From contig QKEW01000008.1 of assembly GCA_003251635.1 (NCBI GenBank), forward strand, positions 110,860-174,859: a DNA stretch of 64,000 bases, given 5' to 3'. The position numbers were made by a program, and so were the translations under genes. Below are positions 47,108-56,824 of this stretch, piece after piece. Every line of letters starts with the position of its first letter. Position 1 is the stretch's first letter. The notes beneath the pieces are model-generated. The model worked only from the letters and a program-made list of their open reading frames with translations, did not search any database and was not told where the DNA came from. This DNA is from a bacterium. GTDB taxonomy: Bacteria > Patescibacteriota > Minisyncoccia > Moranbacterales > GWC2-37-73.

Positions 47108-48070
47108 ATGAAAAAAATATTAGTTTTATTTAAAAAAAGTGATTGGAAAAAAGACTATATTCCTGATGAAAAATATAGATTTTCATACGAATATTTTTAT
47201 AATAAATGCGCCGAAAAAGGAATTGAAATATATAGAGCTTCTTTTGGTTGGTATGATTTCAGAAAAAAAATATTTAGACATGCTTGGAAGTTTAATATTG
47301 ACAATCAAAATTGGGAAAGAGTTGCTGATATTGTCCCGGATTTGATATTTGATAAGGTTAAGCATAATGCTGAATCTTATAGTAAGACTGAGTTGATAAA
47401 TTCTAAATATAAATTTTTTAATTCGTTAGAGTTTACGAAAATTATTGACAATAAAATTGTAACGTCAATGTTGTTTTCGGAGTGGTCAAAAAAATGCATC
47501 GTTATTAATAGCCAAGAGGAACTTAAAGCATCGCTAGAACAGATTCAGACTGAAATGGCTGTTCTAAAGCCTACAAACGAAAGTGGTGGCAACGGTGTTA
47601 TTATAGGGAAAAAAGAGGAAATATTGAATGTTGTTGGCAGAAACAAAAAAATGTTGAATAATTTTATATTACAAGAATTTATCGACTCGTCAGCTGGAAT
47701 ACCAGGCATAACAATCGGAATACATGATCTTAGGCTGGTTCTTATAAATAAAAAAATTGTTTATTCTTACATAAGAAAACCAGCGAAAGGAAGTTATTTA
47801 GCCAATCTTGCTCAGGGAGGAACTAAGGATATAATTGATATAAGAAAACTGCCAAGGTCCTTGGATGAGATAGTCAAAAGGGCCCATGATATTTTCTCAT
47901 CTTTTAAATCGAAGATTTATACGATAGATGTTATGTTTGATCAAAGCGAAAGGCCTTTTGTGATCGAATTGAATTCTATGCCTGGGGCGCATTTCGAGGC
48001 TGGTCAAGAGTCTGCCAGAAAATTTTTTTATGACAATCTCCTTGAAGTTTTTTTAGATGAATTAAATTGA
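47108..48070 (+). CDS. ATP-grasp ligase, paralog B (tandem duplicate of 46155..47102)
   Basis: LKPTNESGGNGV, DLRLVLIN...ANLAQGGT, FVIELNSMPGA motifs; ends FFYDNLLEVFL. Confidence 0.6.
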   Translation: MKKILVLFKKSDWKKDYIPDEKYRFSYEYFYNKCAEKGIEIYRASFGWYDFRKKIFRHAWKFNIDNQNWERVADIVPDLIFDKVKHNAESYSKTELINSKYKFFNSLEFTKIIDNKIVTSMLFSEWSKKCIVINSQEELKASLEQIQTEMAVLKPTNESGGNGVIIGKKEEILNVVGRNKKMLNNFILQEFIDSSAGIPGITIGIHDLRLVLINKKIVYSYIRKPAKGSYLANLAQGGTKDIIDIRKLPRSLDEIVKRAHDIFSSFKSKIYTIDVMFDQSERPFVIELNSMPGAHFEAGQESARKFFYDNLLEVFLDELN

Positions 48071-48268
48071 TGATTTGTTTACTTTGAGATTAGAAAATTT
48101 AAATCAATTTTTACATGGTAAACCCTAAGTTTTTTAATTAAACGACCAAGTAGGTTTTTCTAATGAAAGTTGGATGGTTATGAATTGATTGGCTGATTTA
48201 TAGATTCTATAAAATCTTTGGCCTAACTATAATTTGTTTAAAATTTCGGGAAAACTAAGTAATATTTT

Positions 48269-49177
48269 ATGGAGAATTTAAGTCAGCCAAAATTTTTGAT
48301 AATAGGAAGAGAAGATAATGAGAATGTGAAAGATTTGAAGTGGGAAATTCGGCGGCGGGGTTGTAGAGTTGCGTGTGCCCAAATGAAAAATTTGACAATG
48401 AAAATAGATAAGAGCGACGGTTTTTTTGAATTTGTTGATACTAAGAATATTTTAAAGGTAGCGGATATTTTTATTTTCAGAATGTATAAAGATAGTATTC
48501 TTGAGGCTAAAATGCTTGCTAAGTGGCTGCTTAGTCATGATAAAGTCGTTATTGATAAATTCTTATTTAGCAAAGTGGCTTCAACTAAGCAATTTGATGC
48601 AAATTTGTTAGTTATTAACAAAATTCCCCAAATTAAAACCGTGTATTCTTTGAATGAGCGTGGTTGGGCTGATGCGCTTTCATCCTTGCGTAGCCCAATA
48701 ATAGTTAAGCCAGATAATGGCTCAAAAGGCCAGGGAATAATAAAATTTGAATCTTGTGGCGAGGCTCTGGATTTTTTGAAAAAAAATGTAAATGGTTTTA
48801 TAGCACAAGAATATATTTCAATTAAAAGTGATATTCGAATTTTTGTGGTTGGCGGAAGTGTTTTAGGCGGGATTGAAAGGCGTGTTGTTGAAAATGACTT
48901 TCGTTCCAATGTTTCCTTGGGGGCTGATGTTATTCCGGTTGAAGTTACAAAAGAAATGAGAAAAATATCATTAATGGCAGTTTCTGCTTTAAAGCTCGAT
49001 ATTGCCGGGGTTGATCTTATAAAACACGAAAATAGATGGCATGTCCTAGAGGTTAATGCTGCTCCGCAATGGCAAGGATTTAAAAAAGCTACCGGAATCA
49101 ATCCAGCAGAGCAAATTGTGAATTTGGCAATGAAAAGGTACAAGAAAAAGAATAAAAAATTTTTTGGTTTATTTTGA
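48269..49177 (+). CDS. RimK/LysX-family ATP-grasp alpha-L-glutamate ligase-like protein
   Basis: IVKPDNGSKGQGI, DIRIFVVGGSVLGGIERR...FRSNVSLGA, GVDLIK...WHVLEVNAAPQWQGF match the RimK-family pattern. Confidence 0.7.
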   Translation: MENLSQPKFLIIGREDNENVKDLKWEIRRRGCRVACAQMKNLTMKIDKSDGFFEFVDTKNILKVADIFIFRMYKDSILEAKMLAKWLLSHDKVVIDKFLFSKVASTKQFDANLLVINKIPQIKTVYSLNERGWADALSSLRSPIIVKPDNGSKGQGIIKFESCGEALDFLKKNVNGFIAQEYISIKSDIRIFVVGGSVLGGIERRVVENDFRSNVSLGADVIPVEVTKEMRKISLMAVSALKLDIAGVDLIKHENRWHVLEVNAAPQWQGFKKATGINPAEQIVNLAMKRYKKKNKKFFGLF

Positions 49178-49555
49178 TGTTTAAATGTCCATAATCTTTT
49201 GCGGAATGCGCTGTTGAATGTATTTTGTAGTTTTTTGCTGAACAAGATTTTTGAGAGAAATAAAATTTCTATTAAATAAATAATCATGTTTAAACACAAG
49301 AAAGAAAATTATTTATATCCCGAAAGAGTCTCTTTGGGTCTTGAAAAATCCTTAAAAAGACTGGTGAAATAGCTAAAAGTGGAGACGTTGTTTTGGTAAT
49401 TAAGGGTAATGAGACAAAAAGAACAATTAAATATTTAAAGAATTTTTTAAATATAAAAAACAGTTGATTTGAAATTAGGTTTCTGCATTGCCTTTCCCCC
49501 TTTCTCGTGCTATGATGGGGCGTGATAAGTTTGATAAGTTATTTTTTTAACTTTT

Positions 49556-52120
49556 ATGCGAAATTTTTTTTCCAAACGAAAATTACAACGAGACTCGTCT
49601 CAAAAATCTGAAAACAGGCGTAATTGGTGGAAAATAATCTGGAGAACTGGACTGATCTTGGCTCTGGTCGGCTTTTTAGCGGTGGCTGGAGTTTTTATTT
49701 ATTTTGCCAAGGATTTGCCGGACCCGGGCAAAGTTAATAGTCGCAACGTAGCTGAGTCGACCAAGATTTATGATCGAACCGGCAACAATTTACTCTATGA
49801 AATTCACGGCGAAGAAAAAAGAACGCTAGTAGCTTTTGAAGATATTCCGGATGCGGTCAAATATGCCACGATCGCTTTGGAGGATCAAGATTTCTATTCC
49901 CATCATGGAATCAAGGTCACCTCAATTATTCGGGCGGCAGTAAAGGATGTTTTGAATCGGGGAGCGGTCCAAGGAGCTTCAACCATCACGCAGCAATTTG
50001 TGAAAAATTCTTTGCTGACTTCCGAGAAAGCTTTGACTCGTAAAATTAAGGAGGCAATCTTATCGCTGGAAATCGAACAGAAATTTTCCAAAGATGAAAT
50101 TTTAGGCATGTATTTGAACGAGATTCCCTACGGATCCAATGCTTACGGAGTTGAGGCGGCGGCTCAAACTTTTTTTGCCAAATCGGCGCGCGATCTGACC
50201 TTGGATGAGGCAGCTATATTGGCTTCTTTGCCGCAAGCCCCTTCACGCTATTCGCCGTATGGATCCAAGACGGACGTTTTGAAAGCCAGGCAGGAAATTG
50301 CTTTGGATAAAATGGCTTCTTTTGGTTATATAACTCAGCAACAAGCAGATGAGGCTAAGGCGGTGGATGTGCTATCGAAAATTGTGGCTAAGAAAGAGGA
50401 TATCAAAGCCCCGCATTTTGTGATGTATGTTAAAGAATATTTGGAAGAAACTTATGGACAAGATGTTTTGGAGCAAGGTGGTTTGAAAGTTTATACCACT
50501 TTGGATTGGGACAAGCAACAGATTGCTGAAAAGGCGGTGGCGGAAGGAGCCGAGAAGAATTTAGCTAATTGGAATGCGGCTAATGCCTCAATGGTGGCAA
50601 TTGATCCGAAAACCGGACAAATTTTGGTTATGGTGGGTTCCAAAGATTATTTTGGTGCCAGTTATCCGGAAGGTTGTACTCCCGGTAAAAATTGTCTTTT
50701 TGAGCCGAATGTTAATGTTTCAATTCGGGATCGACAGCCTGGATCATCTTTCAAGCCCTATGTTTATCTGACGGCTTTCACTAAAGGCTATTCGCCGGAA
50801 ACTATGATTTTTGATGTTGAGACTAACTTTAGTACCAATGAAGACAAAGATTACACTCCGCAAAATTATGATGGTCAGTTCCGCGGACCTTTGAAGATGA
50901 AGGAGGCTTTGGCGCAGTCTTTGAACATTCCAGCAGTTAAAACTTTATATTTAGCTGGAGTTAAGGATTCCATTGCTACGGCTAAAAGTTTAGGAAACAG
51001 TGGACTGAATGAGCCTGATCGCTACGGACTTTCTTTGGTGTTGGGTGGCGGCGAAGTTAAACTGCTTGAACACGTTGGTGCTTTTTCGGTTTTGGCCAAT
51101 GATGGGGTTAAGCAAAACAGAACTGCTATTTTGCGAGTAGAGGATGCCAATGGAGATATCTTGGAGGAATATAAAGACAAAGAAGGGGAGCAAGTGGTGG
51201 AAGAAAAATATGTGGCCATGTTGGATCACGTTCTTTCAACTAACGATTATCGGGCACCAGTATTTGGAAACAACAATTTACTTAAGTTTGATGATCGGCA
51301 AGTAGCAGCTAAAACTGGAACAACCAATGAATTTCGTGATGGTTGGGTGATGGGCTACACTCCCTCTTTGGCGGTTGGCGTTTGGGTGGGAAATAATGAC
51401 AACACGGCTATGAAACCAGGAGCGGACGGTTCAATTGTGGCAGCTCCGATTTGGCGCAGCTTTTTGAACCAAGTCTTGGGAAACTATACAAAGGAAGAAT
51501 TTCCAAAATATGAAAAACCTGACAAGGACAGTGAAGATTACGTTGACAAGCCGATGCTTAATGGCGAATTGGATATCGAAAAGGATGTGAAGGTTTGCAA
51601 GATAAAGGACGGCGAATATTGTTTGGCTAATAAATATTGCACCTCTGATCAAGAGAAGAAGCGGGATTTTGCCAATGTGCATAACATTTTGTATTACGTG
51701 AAACTGGATGATCCGCGTGGTGACTATCCGGATAAGCCGAAAAGTGATATTCAGTATAAGAATTGGGAAAAAGGCGTGGAAGCTTGGTATGAAAAAGAAG
51801 AGAAAAATAATAAGGATGTTGTCTTAGGCCAAAAACCGGAAGATGACTGTAAGCAAGATGATTTTAAGGATAATTTGCCCAGCGTTTCTTTGTCCGTTTC
51901 TAAATCAGATGGCAAAGTTACCTTGACGGCTGATATTGATGCTCCGTATGGAACTGACAGTGTGAAATTTTCAGTTGATGGCAGTGAGATTTCTTCGGAC
52001 GGCAAAAAAGCAACCTATGAAATTCCAGACGATAAGGTTGGTGAAAAAGTTGAATGCAAAGTCGTCTTAAAAGATGAAAATGGCAATGAGGATAGTGATA
52101 GTAAAGAAGTTGAATTGTAG
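49556..52120 (+). CDS. Class A penicillin-binding protein (PBP1A: glycosyltransferase + transpeptidase) with C-terminal extension
   Basis: GT51 motifs (EDQDFYSHHGI, RQQGASTITQQ) and transpeptidase SxxK/KTG (KTGTTNEF); N-terminal TM anchor. Confidence 0.85.
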   Translation: MRNFFSKRKLQRDSSQKSENRRNWWKIIWRTGLILALVGFLAVAGVFIYFAKDLPDPGKVNSRNVAESTKIYDRTGNNLLYEIHGEEKRTLVAFEDIPDAVKYATIALEDQDFYSHHGIKVTSIIRAAVKDVLNRGAVQGASTITQQFVKNSLLTSEKALTRKIKEAILSLEIEQKFSKDEILGMYLNEIPYGSNAYGVEAAAQTFFAKSARDLTLDEAAILASLPQAPSRYSPYGSKTDVLKARQEIALDKMASFGYITQQQADEAKAVDVLSKIVAKKEDIKAPHFVMYVKEYLEETYGQDVLEQGGLKVYTTLDWDKQQIAEKAVAEGAEKNLANWNAANASMVAIDPKTGQILVMVGSKDYFGASYPEGCTPGKNCLFEPNVNVSIRDRQPGSSFKPYVYLTAFTKGYSPETMIFDVETNFSTNEDKDYTPQNYDGQFRGPLKMKEALAQSLNIPAVKTLYLAGVKDSIATAKSLGNSGLNEPDRYGLSLVLGGGEVKLLEHVGAFSVLANDGVKQNRTAILRVEDANGDILEEYKDKEGEQVVEEKYVAMLDHVLSTNDYRAPVFGNNNLLKFDDRQVAAKTGTTNEFRDGWVMGYTPSLAVGVWVGNNDNTAMKPGADGSIVAAPIWRSFLNQVLGNYTKEEFPKYEKPDKDSEDYVDKPMLNGELDIEKDVKVCKIKDGEYCLANKYCTSDQEKKRDFANVHNILYYVKLDDPRGDYPDKPKSDIQYKNWEKGVEAWYEKEEKNNKDVVLGQKPEDDCKQDDFKDNLPSVSLSVSKSDGKVTLTADIDAPYGTDSVKFSVDGSEISSDGKKATYEIPDDKVGEKVECKVVLKDENGNEDSDSKEVEL

Positions 52121-52147
52121 CAACTTATAATTGATTAAATTTTTTTC

Positions 52148-52720
52148 ATGATAGCTAAAATCAAAGGCAAAGTTGATCTGGTGGGAGATTCTTTTTTAGT
52201 GGTGATGGTAGGCGATTTGGGCTACAAAGTTTTTGTGGGTGCTTATACTTTAGGCAAAGTTGCTGGTCAAGGCGAAGTTGAATTTTTTGTTCATACTCAC
52301 GTTCGTGAGGATGTTTTGGCTCTTTATGGTTTTTTAACTTTGGATGAATTGGAGATGTTTGAGCTTTTGATTTCAATTTCCGGAATTGGTCCCAAAGCGG
52401 CTTTGGGAATTTTGGCAATTGCTGATCCGGCAGCTATTCAAACCGCAGTGGCCAGCGGGGATGATTCAATTTTGACTCGGGTTTCCGGAGTTGGCAAAAA
52501 GACGGCTGGTCGGGTCATTTTGGAATTGAAAAATAAAATTAAAAATCTTTCAACTGTTCACAAAATTGAAAACTCGGCAGACACCGATTCCTTGGAAGCT
52601 TTGGTGGCAATGGGTTATTCAATTGCTCAGGCTCGCGATGCTTTAAAAGATGTTGATAAAGACATTAAGGATGTAGGCGAGAGAGTTAAAACTGCTTTAA
52701 AAAAATTAGGAAATAAATAA
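52148..52720 (+). CDS. ruvA: Holliday junction DNA helicase RuvA
   Basis: MIAKIKGKV...VGDLGYKVFV N-terminal OB domain, HhH motifs (ISGIGPKAAL, VSGVGKKTAGR). Confidence 0.85.
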   Translation: MIAKIKGKVDLVGDSFLVVMVGDLGYKVFVGAYTLGKVAGQGEVEFFVHTHVREDVLALYGFLTLDELEMFELLISISGIGPKAALGILAIADPAAIQTAVASGDDSILTRVSGVGKKTAGRVILELKNKIKNLSTVHKIENSADTDSLEALVAMGYSIAQARDALKDVDKDIKDVGERVKTALKKLGNK

Positions 52721-52817
52721 AAATTCTTCAAAATTATTTTTGTGTGATATACTTAAAAAATAAAAATACTTTTAAGTTTTCTAAGAATGAGAACATAAAA
52801 TTAAATACAAAAACAAA

Positions 52818-53798
52818 ATGAAAAACGTTACAAAGAAAAATTTTTCAGTTAAAAAACTTATTGTTATTGTTGCAATATCGTTTATTTTATTATGTGTGGG
52901 GATTTTGTTGGGGACGAAAGGTAATAATTTGACTTCAAGCGGATTGCAAGCAAATCTGCCAAGCCTTTCATATAGTCGCAGTGCTACGGATAATTTGGAA
53001 ACTTCTGAATCAATTGTTGGCGGTAGTGTCAATGCCCCCACTAAATCGTCAATGATTGCCTATGATTCCTTATCGACTGAAGATGGTGGATTGGATTCAA
53101 CTTCAACTGAAAAGAAAATTATAAAAAGCGGAAACCTGACGCTCAAAGTTGAAGAGACTGAAAAGGCTATCGAAGAAGTTGCAAGCATAGTAAAAAATCA
53201 TCAGGGTCAAATTTTTTCTTCCAACATCAGCGAAGCGGTTAAAAATCAAAAAAGCGGATATTTGGTAGTCAAAGTTCCTTTCCTTGAGTTTGAAAGTTCT
53301 TTGGAAGATATAAAAAAAATTGCCACTCAAGTGGTTAATGAAAACACCAGCGGCCAAGATGTGAGTGAACAATATGTTGATTTGGCGGCTCAATTGAAGA
53401 ATAAGCAAGCGGAAGAAGAGTCATTTTTGAAAATATTGGAGCAGTCCGGAGAGATTGCGGATGTTTTGGCGGTAACTAAGGAGCTTTCTCGAGTTCGCGG
53501 TGAAATCGAAAGATTACAAGGCAAGATTCGTTATTTGGATTCCCGAACTGATTTGGCGACCATTACCATTTACCTAAGTGAGGATGTGCAAATTATTTCT
53601 GATCAGTGGAGGCCATTGCAGGTTTTGAAACAGTCAGTTGATGGACTGATTGAAAGACTGCAGAATTTGGCAGATGGTTTGATAAGATTTTTCGTGATTG
53701 GTCTGCCTTTGATTCTGATTTTCCTAGTATTTTTTTATCTGATCTTTATTCTAATTAGGAAAATCGTAGTTAAACATAGAATCAAAAATAAAAAATAA
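52818..53798 (+). CDS. DUF4349-domain membrane-anchored protein
   Basis: N-terminal TM, coiled-coil middle and C-terminal TM; sequence pattern of DUF4349. Confidence 0.55.
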   Translation: MKNVTKKNFSVKKLIVIVAISFILLCVGILLGTKGNNLTSSGLQANLPSLSYSRSATDNLETSESIVGGSVNAPTKSSMIAYDSLSTEDGGLDSTSTEKKIIKSGNLTLKVEETEKAIEEVASIVKNHQGQIFSSNISEAVKNQKSGYLVVKVPFLEFESSLEDIKKIATQVVNENTSGQDVSEQYVDLAAQLKNKQAEEESFLKILEQSGEIADVLAVTKELSRVRGEIERLQGKIRYLDSRTDLATITIYLSEDVQIISDQWRPLQVLKQSVDGLIERLQNLADGLIRFFVIGLPLILIFLVFFYLIFILIRKIVVKHRIKNKK

Positions 53799-53805
53799 TT
53801 TTTTC

Positions 53806-54246
53806 ATGAACAAAATAAACACAAAAAAAAGAGGATCGGCTTTGGTTTTTTCATTGATTTTACTTTCTCTCATGTTGGTGGTGGCAGTTGGATCATATTT
53901 AGCTTCAACTGGTGGCACCAAAACAAGCAATGATTCAATCAACTCAGTATCAGCCTTTCAAGCGGCTGACGCCGGAGTCGAGGAAGTCTTTAGAATTATC
54001 AATGAAAAGATTACCACTAGAGGCCCCCTGACTAGTTTGGAGGATGCCAGACTTTGTAATGATGACTTTCGATTCGTGGATGAGGATTCTTTGCGTTCCA
54101 GGAAAATTGTGGTAACTTTTTATGATAAGGACGGTGATTTGATTGATGACTGCAACGGTGCTACCTTGGGTGAAATCGGCTCAATAAAGTCGGTGGGTGA
54201 ATTTGCTGGAACGGCTCGGGCTGTTGTGGTTGAAGTTGAAGAGTAA
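53806..54246 (+). CDS. Small membrane-anchored secreted protein, hypothetical (not a canonical prepilin: lacks G/F(M)TLIE)
   Basis: N-terminal hydrophobic anchor; no class III signal peptide motif. Confidence 0.35.
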   Translation: MNKINTKKRGSALVFSLILLSLMLVVAVGSYLASTGGTKTSNDSINSVSAFQAADAGVEEVFRIINEKITTRGPLTSLEDARLCNDDFRFVDEDSLRSRKIVVTFYDKDGDLIDDCNGATLGEIGSIKSVGEFAGTARAVVVEVEE

Positions 54247-54278
54247 TTTGAACAGAAGTTGGGTTTGTAAAACCAGTC

Positions 54279-55445
54279 TTGTTTATGGAAAAGAGCAGTC
54301 AACTTACATTGGAAAACTTTTTGGAAACTTTTAGGAACGAGGCTTTTTTGCAATCAGAGGATTGGCGCAAATTTCAGGAGGCAGAAGGCCATAAAACGTT
54401 TCATTTCGAGAATGTTCTGAGATCTGAAAATCAGAAGATTCTCTTTTGTGTTTGGGCTAATATGATTGAACATAAATTGTCGATTGTCGGCAAATACTTC
54501 TATAGTCCCCGCGGGCCAATCATTCAAAGAGGCACGAATAATGGTTCAATTGAAGTGGCAGATTTTGAAAAAAGTCTGAATAGTTTGATTCAGGTGGCCA
54601 AAGAAAATCGTGCCGGTTGGATCCGTTTTGATGTGCAAAGCGAAGATGATCTGGTTTTGATCAAAAAAACTGCTCAGCGGATTTTTGCCAGCAAAACAAG
54701 TTGTCTAAAAAAATCACCTCATGACATGCAGCCAGCTCAAATTCTGGTGATTGATATTGACGAATCGCAGGAGAAATTGTTGGGTCAAATGAAAAGCAAG
54801 ACCCGATATAATATTCGCTTAGCTCAAAAGAAGGGAGTGGAGATATGCTCAGACAATGGAACCGAAGACGAAAGAAAAAAATATTTGGAAGTCTTTTTGA
54901 ATTTATCCAGCCAAACAGCTGAGAGAAAAAAAATTTCTTTCCATGAGGAAAATCACTATCGAAAAATGTTGGAAGTTTTTCCCAAAGATGTTTTTAAAAT
55001 TTATGTGGCTAAGTATGAAAATGAAATCATTGCAGCTAATCTGATGATTTTTTTTGGAGATACGGCCATCTATTTGCATGGAGCTTCAGCTGATAAATAT
55101 CGGGAAGTGATGGCGCCATTTTTTTTGCAATGGCAACAAATTCTGGATGCCAAGAAAAAAGGTTGCCGCTTTTATGATTTTGGCGGGGTGAAGATTGATA
55201 AGATTGAGTCCAAAAAAACAAATGATTTTCACGTTCCACACTCCACGTTTTGCGCTCAGGATTCTAGGCAGGGAATAACACGTTTTAAGGTCGGGTTTGC
55301 GCCTGAAGTTCAGCCGATTGTTTTTTCAGGAAGCTATGATGTAGTACTTAATTTTAAAAAATATCATATATATCGTTTTTTGGAGAAAATCAGAAGTTGG
55401 CAAACTAAGATAAAAAAGCTACATAAAAATTTATGCAAAAGATAA
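54279..55445 (+). CDS. FemAB-family peptidoglycan interpeptide-bridge aminoacyltransferase-like protein
   Basis: FemAB-like core (IYVAKYENEIIAANLMIFFGDTAIYLHGASADKYREVMAPFFLQWQ). Confidence 0.7.
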   Translation: MFMEKSSQLTLENFLETFRNEAFLQSEDWRKFQEAEGHKTFHFENVLRSENQKILFCVWANMIEHKLSIVGKYFYSPRGPIIQRGTNNGSIEVADFEKSLNSLIQVAKENRAGWIRFDVQSEDDLVLIKKTAQRIFASKTSCLKKSPHDMQPAQILVIDIDESQEKLLGQMKSKTRYNIRLAQKKGVEICSDNGTEDERKKYLEVFLNLSSQTAERKKISFHEENHYRKMLEVFPKDVFKIYVAKYENEIIAANLMIFFGDTAIYLHGASADKYREVMAPFFLQWQQILDAKKKGCRFYDFGGVKIDKIESKKTNDFHVPHSTFCAQDSRQGITRFKVGFAPEVQPIVFSGSYDVVLNFKKYHIYRFLEKIRSWQTKIKKLHKNLCKR

Positions 55446-56746
55446 AATCAAAAACACCTCAATTTTTAAAAAACTGGTTTCATTTGTTTCAAGCTATGTT
55501 AGCTAATCTTGTTTGGGGATTTCCATCGCGAAAAATAAAAGTAGTTGGAATTACTGGTACCAATGGAAAAACAACCACTGTTCAAATGTTGGCTAAAATT
55601 TTTGAAGAGGCGGAAAAAAAAGTAGCCTTGGCTTCAACCATCAATTTTCAAGTGGGAGAAAAAAAATGGGTTAATAAAACCAAGTTTACAACCCTTTCAG
55701 CTTGGTCAGTTCAAAAATTTATTCACCAAGCAGTTAGAGAAAATTGCGAATATCTTTTTTTGGAAACGTCTTCGCATGCTTTGGATCAGTTTCGAGTTTG
55801 GGGTGTGAAATATAAAACGGCTTTGATTACCAATGCTACTCGGGAGCATTTGGATTACCATAAGGACATGGAAAGATATCGAAAGGCTAAAAAGAGGTTA
55901 TTTAAAATGACCGCTAAAAATCGAGGCTGTTTGATTGTTAATTTGGATATGGAAAATCCAATTGAATTTTTGGACTTTCAAAAAGCCACCCGGATAGGCT
56001 ATACAGCCAATGAGGAAAAATTAAAATTGTTGATGCAAGACGATAAATTGCAAGTTTTGAAGGCTCAAGAAATTGACTTTGGAAAGATGGAAACTCGTTT
56101 TCAGATTAACGGCATAAATTTTTTGATTCATTTTCCAGGCCGTTACAATGTTGAAAATGCTTTGGCGGCAATCAGTGTGGCAGCGTCTGAAGGCATTGAG
56201 CTTGAAATTATCAGTAAAGCTTTGGATAAAATCAAGGGAGTCACTGGTCGCATGGAAAGAATCAGTGCTGCCGGTGGAGTGGAGATAGTAATCGATTATG
56301 CGGTCACTCCTGATTCCCTGGAAAAGCTTTATGAAATTATTTTCAATATGAAAAAAAAAGTTGATTCGAAAATCATTGCAGTTTTTGGATCTTGTGGTGA
56401 TCGAGATCGGGGCAAGCGGCCAATCATGGGAAAAATTGTGGCCAAAACAGCTGACTATATTATTTTGACCAACGAGGATCCATATTTTGAGGATCCACAG
56501 CGGATCTTGGATGAGATTGAAAGAGGAGTTTTGGAAGTTGGTGGGAAATTTCAAAAAGATCAGAATTTTTGGCAGATTATGGATCGGCGCGAAGCCATCC
56601 AAAGAGCTTTGAAATTAGCTAAATCAGGTGATATTGTGGTTTTGACTGGCAAGGGCGCTGAGGAAATGATGGCTATCGGAAGCAAGAGAATTCCTTGGAA
56701 TGATCGAAAAGTTGTTTTGGAAGAATTGGAGAAAACCAAGGCCTAG
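55433..56746 (+). CDS. Mur ligase family protein (MurE/MurT-like, very short N-terminal domain)
   Basis: GITGTNGKTTT P-loop about 35 aa from N-terminus, central REHLDYHKDMERYRKAK, C-terminal GSCGDRDRGKRPIMG...ILTNEDPYFEDPQRIL. Confidence 0.75.
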   Translation: MQKIKSKTPQFLKNWFHLFQAMLANLVWGFPSRKIKVVGITGTNGKTTTVQMLAKIFEEAEKKVALASTINFQVGEKKWVNKTKFTTLSAWSVQKFIHQAVRENCEYLFLETSSHALDQFRVWGVKYKTALITNATREHLDYHKDMERYRKAKKRLFKMTAKNRGCLIVNLDMENPIEFLDFQKATRIGYTANEEKLKLLMQDDKLQVLKAQEIDFGKMETRFQINGINFLIHFPGRYNVENALAAISVAASEGIELEIISKALDKIKGVTGRMERISAAGGVEIVIDYAVTPDSLEKLYEIIFNMKKKVDSKIIAVFGSCGDRDRGKRPIMGKIVAKTADYIILTNEDPYFEDPQRILDEIERGVLEVGGKFQKDQNFWQIMDRREAIQRALKLAKSGDIVVLTGKGAEEMMAIGSKRIPWNDRKVVLEELEKTKA

Positions 56747-56824
56747 CTAAAAAATCTGATTCAAGTTAAATAGTGCAAATAAAAAACGCCGGTTTCCTCG
56801 CAGTGTTTTTATTTGTATTTGTTT

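Noticed and set aside
53806-54246. Possible type IV prepilin/pseudopilin
   Set aside because: N-terminus lacks the G|F(M)TLIE class III signal motif and the conserved Glu5, so it is only a generic membrane anchor.
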